In this document: piece by piece, positions 39,761 to 50,552 of the stretch
Layout: each line of letters begins with the position of its first letter
Numbering within the stretch: the stretch's first letter is position 1
Assembly (NCBI GenBank): GCA_043228905.1
Contig: JBHGNT010000018.1
Location: 7,316,001-7,380,000, forward strand
Source of the DNA: Azolla caroliniana
Lineage: Eukaryota; Plantae; Polypodiophyta
Length of the DNA stretch: 64,000 nt
Direction: 5' to 3'
Position numbers and translations under genes: made by a program
Notes under the pieces: model-generated
Told to the model about the DNA's origin: nothing
Database searches by the model: none
Seen by the model: only the letters and a program-made list of their open reading frames with translations

Positions 39761-40141
39761 GTATTCACCATGTGTGCAACCAAGTTTGTCCCTCCTTGTG
39801 CCAAGGTACACCTCTGAACTAGGCCGAGAGGGGTTTGCATTTATCATGATAAAGCAAGACTTGAACCCATGACCTTATGTTACATGGGTCAAGCTCTTAA
39901 CCATTAGACTATATGTTGTAATACAAAGGATATTATTTTCATTTAAGTTTTACTATAGAAAATTGATGTATATTCCAGATTTCTCTGGAACATTCTAGAT
40001 ACTTCAGGAGTACTCTTGAGAACACTATAAAAGGAGGAACAAGGCATTATTTTGAACCAAATCGGTTCAACGCTAGTCTTAAGCCTCCTAGCTACTATTT
40101 TATATTCTCTAAATTTAATAGATATCTTTTGTTATCATCAT

Positions 40142-40172
<31 letters not shown>

Positions 40173-41487
40173 TCCCTTCTCTCGAGAGTTCTACACCTCC
40201 CTTAGTACTAATCCTCATCTTTTAGTACTAAGTCCTTTGTCTTAGTACTGTTCCTAACAGTTTGAACTGATTTTTTGTCTCCTCCCTTCTCTTCCTTTAT
40301 CTTCTTACTTCTCCCTCCCTTCATACTAATCTCTTATTCCTTTTTTCTCTCATACTATGGCCACTGTTAGCGCTCAAGAATATCAATCCATTTTTTCGGA
40401 GTTGCAATGATTGAAAGAGAAGTTTCTCGCATTGGAACAAGAAAATCAACGACTATTCGGGGAGCTTCAAGAAATCTCCTTAGAGAAGTTGTAGACGCAA
40501 CAACAACATGGGGAACTAGTGTTACGCGTGCAACAGCTCGAAACAACCATAATAGTGATGCAACAACAAGGACTCAGTATGCAAGGGATTCATAAAGAAC
40601 CCAAGATCGTCCTTCCCATGAAATTAGATGGAACGCGATAACAGTTTAGAGGATTCCTTAATGAGGTACGATTAGTCATTCAAATGCATCCTTCACAATA
40701 TCCCATTGATGCATGACTAGTTGGTTTAGTAGGCACATTGTTAAGTGGCTCAGCTTTGGCATGGTTCACTCCATTGTTAGAAAAGGAATATCTTTTACTA
40801 AACAATTTTGAAGAGTTTTTAAGTGAGTTTAAAGCCTATTTTGGAGATACTGACAGCAATCAACAAAATCCGGCAATTACGTCAACGTGATCATCTAGCC
40901 TCCACATACGTTGCAGATTTATGCCTACTTGCACCCGATATCCCCTTGGATGACCAAGCACTAACGGAGCAATTTTGTTATAGTCTATGTAACGATGTCA
41001 AGGATTTAGGGTAAAAGCATGCGAGTGGAAACACTATTATAGCTAATTAGCTACTAAAATGGCCATAGCTAATTAGCTATTTGTTTAGCTAGTCTTTCTT
41101 GTGGGAAAATCAAATATTTGAAAAACTAATTTATGAAAAAACTCAAATATTTGAACTTCTGTTTCAGACGTAGTGGAACTTGGGGAATATCACCATCATC
41201 TAAGGTCGACTTCAATGTCATCAATTTCCTGTTTAGCCTAAGTCTGATTTTGAACGCAGATGGAGTACTCAGAGCACGAACGCAGACGTAGCTCCCGCAA
41301 CAGCAAAAAATCGACATTGCAGATTGAGAGCTACAACACAGAACCCGCTCAATCATCGTCCAGGTATGTTTCAGTTACAGAAACCCCAAACATTTGTTTT
41401 TTCTTTTTGACTACTGTCTGAACTTTGGTGCCGATTCATATTTCCCCAAAATCGAATAGGGCGAAGTCCTTGGAGTCCCATACAAGG

Positions 41488-44400
41488 ATGTCTCGCAAAT
41501 CGGGGAGTAGCAACAGGTGTGTTTATATTACTTTTTTTGTGTTTAATCCTGTCTTTAGTGATTAGGGTTTGTGATTGAAATTTCTGATTAGGGTTTGTGA
41601 TTGAAATTTCTGATTAGGGTTTTTGATTATAAATTTCTGATTAGAATTTCTGAATAGGGTTTCTGGTTACAAATTTTGATTACAAATTATGATTAGGGTT
41701 TCTGATTTGCTAAGTTAAAGATTTTGCACCATTTTTGTTGTTGTTGATTGGGGTTTTTGATTCTCACATATTCTGATTTTGCACTATTTCTGATTTCTGT
41801 AATGATATTTTAGATGGCTCGTTCCTCCGTATACGAGAGTGCCAAACTTCGCAAAATTTTGCGAGACAAAGGAGGACTTCCACAACACCTATGGTCTGTC
41901 ACTCGAGGGTGTTGACCCTGCTGTCCTAAGTGATAAATTGATCAGTGATATAGACTGGATGACAGTATATACAGTGCCTAGAGTCAAAGGCAAGGTCAAG
42001 CTGAAGCATGTACGAGCCGACTTGTACGATGACTGCATGAGACTGCACCAGAAAGTTCATCAGGAGATCCCAGTCAACAATGAGTTGTCAGTTTCATTTG
42101 CTAGAGCATTTGCATATGAGTACTGCAAAACAGCGAAGGAATCTAGAGACCCTGAAATGTATAGGGTAGCTTGGGCAGTCTATGGTGAGGCATCGGTAAA
42201 AAGATGCCGAAAGATGGGAACCTTGGCACAAAAAATAGACAGATTTTGGAGCATGGCAGCTGTTGATGCAACTGCCGACTCCCAGCAAGACCAGGGGCAT
42301 ACACCACACCGACACCCAAGGAAAGCCAATGTCGATGATACAGGTGAGACATTGGTTAGCTATATGCTAAAAAATGTCCATGAAGCCTGTGAAACATTGG
42401 CATTTTTTAAGACTGATTTAGAGAAAGCCACAATGGCTTCTGCAATGGAGAGCAAAGTTACTTCTGCTGTTACAACAATTAGAAATAAGATTCAGGTAAC
42501 TATTGTTTTACTGGTATGTGATTGTGTTATAAATAACGGGTAAAATGTGCTAATCAAGCATTATCTGGAATAGGTTGCGCAACAGGAGCTTGAATTAGAG
42601 GGGCCACTGGATCCCCAGCGTAAAATAGAACTGCAAATAGAGATCCAGGTTCTTTCAATGAACCTGGACCTTCTAGGTGTAAATACTGTTGCAGATTACA
42701 ATTTGGATAAGCTTCAAGTAAGTTAACGATTCCTGAGCAAAGTTGGTGTATCTTTCAACAACAAGAATAATTAATCGGTAAATTTCTCTGTTGCGTTGAA
42801 GGAACAATACATTCATCAAGAACAGGTAGTTAGCTGCCTTAAGAAGAAGCTACATTTTGTGGAGGGAATGGTAAGGACCAGACAGGATTTGGACCTGAAC
42901 ATTCTTGCTCCCTTACCAAATGAAGTAGAACCAGAAAATGATTTATTGACAGTTCAAGCACGTTGCATCGCTTGCGGGTTAGGTGTGGAGGACAAAACTG
43001 CGTCTTTGTTGGTTCACCTACAACCATGCAACCACACATACCATCTGCTTTGTTTTCAACATGCCTGTCGAATTGCTGCATTCTGTTTGGGAGATTGCAG
43101 TACAACTCTACCAAATGAGTGGAGAAAACAAACAGGTATACCATACTGTAGCTAATAAGCTTAGTCTTTTCTAATTAGCTATCCTACTAGCTAATTAGCT
43201 ACTGGCAGCTAATGAGCTACTAGCTAATTAGCTATCCTAGTAGCTAATTAGCTATGGTACTAGCTAATTAGCTAGTACCATAGTTGTGTAAAAAAGCTAA
43301 ATAGCTATCCTACTAGCTAATTAGCCACTGGCAACTAATTAGCTATCCTAGTAACTAATTAGCTACTGCCATAGTTGTGTAAAGTAGCTAATAAGCTATC
43401 CTAGTAGCTAGTTAGCTATGGTACTAGCTAATTAGCTAGTACCATAGTTGTGTAAAAAAGCTAATTAGCTATCCTACTAGCTAATTAGCTACTGGCAACT
43501 AATTAGCTATCCTAGAAGCAAGGCTAAATGGGGAACCAACCAGAAAAAGGCTGAAGAAGGGGCCACGATCGGGAACAAGACCAGTTACTCGGTCAAGGGG
43601 CCCAGACGTAGTGGAGCGAAATACTGTTTAGTTGGATATGATTGTTAGCTTAGGGATTTTGCTAGGGTTTTATGAAGTTTTACTATCCTGTTGGACAAGT
43701 AAAACCTCAGATTGGTTGTTGCTTGATCCACATTATGTAATGGAACTCTATGATGTTTTTCCAAGATAATTTGAAGAGTGTTGTTCTATGACTGAAACTC
43801 TTTGATGTTCAGGATATTGTTTTGTGAGACTATTAGTTACTTTGTGAGTGTGAATATGTTGGTGTTTTCTGATGTTGCAGAGTCTAAAGGGTTTGATTCT
43901 ATTGCTCGTAAGGCCAATGGCAGTGTGGATACTGTTGATGTTGCGGCATGTTTAAAGGGCCCCATCTTGAAAGTAGATGTAGCAACTAACACAAGTGATC
44001 TGGTCACACAAGTTGATCAAGCATGTAGCACGGATGACTTGGTGTTGCAGGTAGATGCAGCATGTGATACCAGTGGACTGATATCGAGCAGAACAGTAGC
44101 TACATGCACTGAGGTAATCCAAGGATTGATAACTAAGTCGACAAAACAAGAGCACCAGAATGTGAAGCTAGGCCCAACACAGTCGACTAGGGGTTTAAAG
44201 AGGAAAAGGACACCAGTTGTGTCAGCCGAACCTGAGCTGATTGAGATTGATCGTATCCTACCAGAAAATGGTGTAACAACGGCTCAGTTTCAGGAATGGA
44301 AACCTAAACCACTAGAAGTCGAAAGAAGAGCCTTGATCTTGGAGCTGGATAAAGTCTTGATGAGTGTGAGATATATGCAGCCAAGGAGGGACGCAAATCA

Positions 44401-44857
44401 GTTTCTAGAGTGGGCTGTGGAGTACTTTGATTTGTTTATTTGGAGTGAAAAACCAAAATCAGATGTGTGGAAGTGTTTGGCAAGATTCTTCCCAAAATGG
44501 CGAAGTCGTTTTAAAGGTCAATGGGCACGAGAAAATTGTGAGCAGATGGAAGCTGCAAGATTCAAGAGACTTTCTGATTTTTGGGCTACTTGGCCTGAAT
44601 ATAATGCTGACAATACATTGATTTTGGATACAGAACATTTCCGACACTACTTCAATATTCAGAGATGCTGTCTCATTCTACCCGAGGAAATGCCTGAACA
44701 GTACCTGGTGCAAACAGTGAGCTGCCAACTAGGTGCATGGTTGTGGACTCCATACCGAGCTCAATATGCGGATAATATATGTAGACTCGTTCCACTGACT
44801 AGCAAGAGCTTAGCTGTTTATAGGAGATTTGTAGACATTTCCAATGGTAATTTATAA
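41488..44857 (+). CDS. Transposon cargo gene; predicted exons 41488-41516, 41814-42495, 42574-42717, 42802-43135, 43881-44857 (721 aa): unknown N-terminal domain, coiled coil, RING-H2, 13-aa repeats, FCP1/NIF-like HAD domain
   Basis: All introns GT-AG with compatible phases and no internal stop; RING-H2 CIAC...CNHTYHLLC...CLGDC; NIF-like LILELDKVL, FLEWAVEYFDLFIWS, FKRLSDFW, NTLILDT; alternative last exon 43516-43631 possible. Confidence 0.7.
41558..41790. repeat. About 26-bp degenerate repeats with TAGGGTTT (telobox-like) motifs in the cargo-gene intron
   Basis: tgattagggtttgtgattgaaatttc repeated. Confidence 0.7.
43148..43515. repeat. Palindromic TAGCTAATTAGCTA array in the cargo-gene intron, with an internal duplication of about 164 bp
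   Basis: More than a dozen exact or near-exact cores; accatagttgtgtaaaaaagc at 43277 and 43441. Confidence 0.9.
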
Positions 44858-44987
44858 ATATGTAAAGAGATGACATTATTCAATGAAGAATTTAATTACT
44901 TGTTCCCACTGTACTTATCTACTGTGTAATTTGAGGAATATGTTGCAGATTGTTGATTTCATTCTATTGATGACTATTTAGCTATTG

Positions 44988-45749
44988 ACAGCTAATTAGC
45001 TGCATTTGTACAGCTAATTAGCTACTGATGACTATTTCGCTATAACTTATAACTTAAAACTTAACAAAAAAGACATGATTTTATTGAGAAAGAAGCACAG
45101 AAAGCAGACTGTATACAAGAAATTGATTCCAAACGAATTTATTGATCTGTTTTCGCGAAATACATGTTTGTTTTACAAGAGAACATGGTAAGTGCTACTT
45201 GTAGCTACAAATTCCATGGCATACTATTGTAAATACATTTGTACAGCTAATTAGCTGCATTTGTACAGCTAATTAGCTACTGATGACTATTTCGCTATAA
45301 CTTATAACTTAAAACATAACAAAAAAGACATGATTTTATTGAGAAAGAAGCACAGAAAGCAGACTGTATACAAGAAATTGATTCCAAACGAATTTATTGA
45401 TCTGTTTTCGCGAAATACATGTTTGTTTTACAAGAGAACATGGTAAGTGCTACTTGTAGCTACAAATTCCATGGCATACTATTGTAAATACATTTGTACA
45501 GCTAATTAGCTGCATTTGTACAGCTAATTAGCTACTGATGACTATTTCGCTATAACTTATAACTTAAAACTTAACAAAAAAGACCTGATTTTATTGAGAA
45601 AGAAGCACAGAAAGCAGACTGTATACAAGAAATTGATTCCAAACGAATTTATTGATCTGTTTTCGCGAAATACATGTTTGTTTTACAAGAGAACATGGTA
45701 AGTGCTACTTGTAGCTACAAATTCCATGGCATACTATTGTAAATACATT
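44988..45749. repeat. 255-bp tandem repeat, 3 copies, duplicating the transposase stop codon and 3' region
   Basis: Units start at 44988, 45243 and 45498; each includes the RC of CIYNSMPWNL* and two CAGCTAATTAGCT cores. Confidence 0.92.
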
Positions 45750-48700
45750 CATACACATTAGCACCAACAGTGTATAAACCGGAGCAGCTATTGTATTCTG
45801 ACATTGGGACGTTGATGCATCTGACCAAATGAGAGTACATATACGCCGCTGGTTTGTCTTCTAACAGCCTGTACACATATTCGTAGTCATCTAGTTTTGC
45901 ATAAAAAATGCCTTCGATGTAGAATGTCCCGGCAGATACAAAATTTCCCCATGCATCTACAATATTCTGCCTTGCACACTGTTTACTAACCGTGCACTTT
46001 AATATATAGAAATCAGCACCCTCTGAATTGCCTTCTTCAGCATTTACAGCGAAGTTATCCCCAACGTTCAGGACATCACTCAAAGTATCTCCAAGTCCCT
46101 CATATGTGAAGTCAGCATTCTGCCCTGTTTCTCCATCAACTGCTTCCTTATCATTCAGAGTGTGATACTCCCAATTCTGAATGTATGCTTTGTTTAGACA
46201 ATATCTCCAATTTCCCTGCACACAATGGAAGCAAAAACAAGTCAATTCTCTAACCGCAATACAATGACCATCCAACCTGGAATAACCGCGAACAGCATGC
46301 AGAGATCGCAATTCGGGAATTCCTTGGCACTCCCAGGTCTTCTCCCTATTTACTTCATCTATCTTCACTTCCCAAAATTCACGTTTGATATCTCGAACTT
46401 GCGAGGAATAAACACCTGTGGCACTCGTCGACATATTTGTTCTTAAAAATTCAACTACATGTGATGCACAATTCATGTGCACACCATCTGTCTTTAGTTG
46501 TTCATGGGTAAGTGCCCGCTTTATAACAGCCCCTGCACCATCATGTTCACCTTTACCATGGCCAGACCCAAAAAAATTCCATCTCATCTCCAAACCTGTT
46601 ATAGCAGGATACCTCCCCACAAAATAAAATGGACGTCGAGCCTTGAATTGTGACGCAGCTCCGTCAGACCAGACCCAATGTTGAGTAAGCTCCAAACGTT
46701 GAGCTAATAACCACTGCCAATGTAACTTAAAACAGTGTTGGACGAACAAGGTATCATGCTTCTTATCATCAGAAATAAAGAAATGAATTACTTTTTTAAC
46801 ATCACCTGAAACTCGAAAATATGTTATGTGCACAAAAATGGTTACCTGAACTGAACACCAATGCATAGATTGAATTTCATTCTGCTGCTTGAAAGTATAA
46901 TTCTCTGCGAAATCTACTACTGAGACTACTACATCATTTGGGAAATCAGATATGCAAGTCTTAAACTGATGGGCCTGCCATGAATAAATGAAGTTGTGTT
47001 TAATGAACTTTCCTAGAGATACTACAAACAGAGACACCAAATCCCTTGGTTTAAGCATCTTCCGAACTAGATCCTTTCTTTTACACACCTTTCCTTCGAA
47101 ATTGGTGTTCACTGACTCAAATAACTTCACAGAGATCAATATTTCACTACTCAATTCATTTGGACACCACCTAAATCTAGTAGGGCCACAATCTTGACAT
47201 AAACCCATGACACATTTATGAATATGGAAGATAGCGTCAGATTCTCTCGGACACAATATTGAATCTAATAAATAACTCATGGAAGAGATAACGTGCTCAG
47301 ATGATTTACACTCCTCTTGCGGGCTTGATCGACAGATTGGGCACCCACATGTGCAAACTGTATTAGTTAGGGATGCGCTATGGTGACGTAGTAGATTAAC
47401 AGAGTCCTTCAGAAAACCCATCTGTACATGGTAAATGCAACAACATGTGTATCGATCCTTTAAGCGTCTCACAAAGTGTGGCTTAAGAGACTCGAATGTT
47501 CATAGTTGAACTTTGATAGTTGGATGCATTCGTTTGAACCTAATAAATAAATCGACCTGCGTAATAAAGGGGAATTAGTTATTCTCGTAACTAGCTAACT
47601 ATCCTAGTAGCTAATTAGCTATTCTAGTAGCTAGTTAGCTATTCTAGTAGCTAGTTAGCTATTCTAGTAGCTAATTAGCTATCATGGTAGCTAATTAGCT
47701 GTCCTAGTAGCTAATTAGCTATCATGGTAGCTAATTAGCTATCATGGTAGCTAATTAGCTATTCTAGTAGCTAATTAGCTATCATGGTAGCTAATTAGCT
47801 ATCATGGTAGCTAATTAGCTGTCGTAGTAGCTAATTAGCTATCATGGTAGCTAATTAGCTGTCCTAGTAGCTAATTAGTTGTCCTAGTAGCTAATTAGCT
47901 ATCATGGTAGCTAATTAGCTGCTCTAGTAGCTAATTAGCTATCATGGTGGCTAATTAGCTTTCCTAGTAACTAATTAGCTATCATGGTAGCTAATTAGCT
48001 TGTCTAGTAGCTAATTAGCTATCATGGTGGCTAATTAGCTTTCCTAGTAACTAATTAGCTATCATGGTAGCTAATTAGCTGGTCTAGTAGCTAATTAGCT
48101 ATCGTGGTAGCTAATTAGCTGGTCTAGTAGCTAATTAGCTATAATGGTGGCTGATTAGCTTTCCTAGTAACTAATTAGCTATCATGGTAGCTAATTAGCT
48201 GGTATAGTAGCTAATTAGCTATCATGGTAGCTAATTAGCTATCACGGTGGCTAATTAGCTGTCCTAGTAACTAATTAGCTATCATGGTAGCTAATTAGCT
48301 GGTCTAGTAGCTAATTAGCTATAATGGTGGCTAATTAGCTATCCTAACTAATTAGCTATCATGGTAGTAGCTATTGAGAGTAGCCAGTTACCTATGTAGT
48401 AGCTATCATAGTAGCTAATTAGCTATCATGGTAGCTAATTAGCTTTCCTAGTAGCTAATTAGCTGGTAATAACGAAATAGCTAACTAGCTACCATGATAG
48501 CTAACTAGCTAGCAGTACAGCTAATTATCTGGTAGTACCTAAATTAGCTATTGAGAATAGCTAATTAGCTATCATGGTAGTAACTATTGAGAGTAGCTAG
48601 TTACCTATGTAGTAGCGATCCTAGTAGCTAACTGAGGTAAATGTAACTGATAAGCTAATTAGCTTTTCTGCTAACTGAGCTAATTAACTTTCCGAGTAGA

Positions 48701-49482
48701 GTCAAAACAAATGTTGAGATAAATGTAAATACCTGAGGTACATCAAGAAGATGAATGGGATGCTCCTCGTATTGATTTCTTCCAACACGTTTCCTGCATA
48801 AATCCTTTTTATTGGGTGAAACCCTACTCTCATTAGTCCAAAACATTGTGATTACATCCTTGATTTCAAATGTTATGGGTGTCATTGGCTTACATCTTGT
48901 AGTTAGCTTTAGTAGACTAGTTCCTTCACCCGAGGAAATTATACGGTTCATTGTATTGTACACTGTTTTTCTACTAACACCAATTACCTTAGATAGCTCA
49001 CTGATGTTTATATCGTCAACATCACTATTAAGTAACATCATTAGACTAGACCTTTTTAAGACAAGATCATCTTCTGACCTGCTCATGGATACGAAACTAT
49101 TACGAAGATTATTTACTAAAATAGATGATATGTTTGCATTAAGACCATCACAATCAACTAAGTCCTTTATCGATGGATCATTACATATTCCATAAAGTAC
49201 TACCTTCTTTTCTTCATTGCTGATGTGCTTGGTTTGAACATTGAAATAGTCTACAACCTTTCTCTCTATGATGGTAGTCGCATTACTTACATTCTCAGCT
49301 AAACTATCCTTACCTTTACTGAGTGTGGCTTTCGTATCCTTCAACAATTGACGATGTTTCCTTTTTTTTTCTGCCCAATAGTTTCGTATGGCTTGTTGTG
49401 TCCTGATAACATCATCCCTATCCTTATGATCATTGAGGGGTAATTCTAAACACCCTTCTTCCCCTTCCATTTGGCTAGACAT
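45715..49482 (-). pseudogene. Sola2-like DDD transposase; exons 49482-48733 and 47556-45715 (about 863 codons) with a single in-frame TGA at 47502-47500
   Basis: CAG|GTATTT donor and TTACGCAG| acceptor in phase 0; motifs FKRMHP...FESLKP.FV...CCCIYH, VDFAENY, SDDKKHD, WSDGAASQFK, FFGSGHGKGEHDGAGAVIKR, CFCFHC. Confidence 0.85.
47585..48690. repeat. About 20-bp-period array of the palindrome TAGCTAATTAGCTA with 6-bp spacers (tcatgg, tcctag, ttctag) filling the transposase intron
   Basis: Roughly 40-50 units read directly, with alternating higher-order units. Confidence 0.95.
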
Positions 49483-49779
49483 GTTAAAACCCTAAATTTC
49501 CAGAAAAAATAACAAGTATTAAAGATGGCTATGGGCAACAACAATACACAAAAATATTCCACACAATACACAAGATTAGACACAACAATACACAAGATAA
49601 TCAATAGACAGAAAAGTTATTGCAATCCAAGACCGAACAGTAGAGGATTTCACTCTGTTGGATCCAACAGTTGAGGAGGCGATCCAAGACCGACCAATGG
49701 CAACAACTGAGTGTAGAATGTTGCCGTTGGATGAGTGAACTCCGTCAAATCGAAATGTGGAAGCAATCCGGGACTGGAC

Positions 49780-50552
49780 AGTAGTGGCAACTGAGTATAG
49801 AATGATGGCAATGGAGGAGAGAACCCCGTCAGATTGAACAGTTACCGATGATGCTTGAAACGCACATAGAAGGCACTTGAGAATAGAGTGGCATAGAGAA
49901 GAGAACCCCGTCAGATTGAACAGTTACCAATGATGCTTGAAACGCACAGTAGCGGCCCCTGAGTGAGAGTGGAAAAGAGAAGAGAACTCCGTCAGATTGA
50001 ACAGTTACCAATGATGCTTGAAACGCACAGTAGCGGCCCCTGAGTGAGAGTGGAAAAGAGAAGAGAACCCCGTCAGATTGAATAGCTCTTTGATTATGCT
50101 TGGAACGCACAGTAGCAACCCCTGAGTGTAGAGTGGCAAAGAGAAGAGAACCCCGTAAGATTGAACAGCTCTTTGATGATGCTTGGAACGCACAGCAGCG
50201 GCCCCTGAGTGTAGAGTGGCACAGAGAAGAGAACCCCCTTAGATTGAACAGCTCTTTGATGATGCTTGGAACGCACAGTAATGGCCCCTGAGTGTAGAGT
50301 GGCAAAGAGAAGAGAACCCCCTCAGATTGAACAGCTCTTTGATGATGCTTGGAACGCACAGTAATGGCCCCTGAGTGTAGAGTGGCACAGAGAAGAGAAC
50401 CCCGTCAGATTGAACAGCTCTTTGATGATGCTTGGAATGCACAGTAGTGGCCCCTGAGTGTAGAGTGTCACAGAGAAGAGAACCCCGTCAGATTGAGCAG
50501 CTCTTTGATGATGCTTGGAACGCACAGTAGCGGCCCCTCAGTGTAGAGTGGC
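49780..50552. repeat. 81-83-bp tandem repeat, about 9 copies, upstream of the transposase
   Basis: gaaccccgtcagattgaacag at 49821, 49903, 49984, 50065, 50148, 50231, 50314, 50397, 50480. Confidence 0.93.

Larger units (their letters stand above)
36396..39841 (-). mobile_element. Degenerate Ty3/Gypsy pol (RT, RNase H, integrase) and 3' region; RT continues at about 61407-61587
   Basis: RYGCVGKIVADRGE and YNPEANGKVERGH integrase; VDTSPTEIGW RNase H; RT segment MESRDITTM (near 61410) joins MQTPLGL..CTLAQGGTN (near 39840). Confidence 0.85.

Noticed and set aside
39850-39915. Functional tRNA gene
   Set aside because: No convincing acceptor or anticodon stems; it is present in both LTRs as part of the retroelement, so it is reported only as a tRNA-like module
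41005-41033. Zator, PIF/Harbinger, CACTA or Kolobok classification of the 9.9-kb element
   Set aside because: The duplication is 4 bp (TTTA), not 3 bp or TTAA; the termini are GGG, not CACTA; the transposase motifs fit Sola2-like better (phylogeny still needed)
41558-41760. Interstitial telomere
   Set aside because: TAGGGTTT occurs singly within about 26-bp units, not as tandem TTTAGGG; it fits telobox-like intronic motifs better
47585-48690. CRISPR-like array (palindromic repeat plus spacers)
   Set aside because: The spacers are only about 6 bp and recur, there are no cas genes, and the array lies in a spliceosomal intron of a eukaryotic transposase
49829-50525. Cluster of ORFs (MRSKHHQRAVQS...) as a repeat protein
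   Set aside because: By-product of the 83-bp tandem repeat; the unit is not a multiple of 3, so the same peptides appear in all frames
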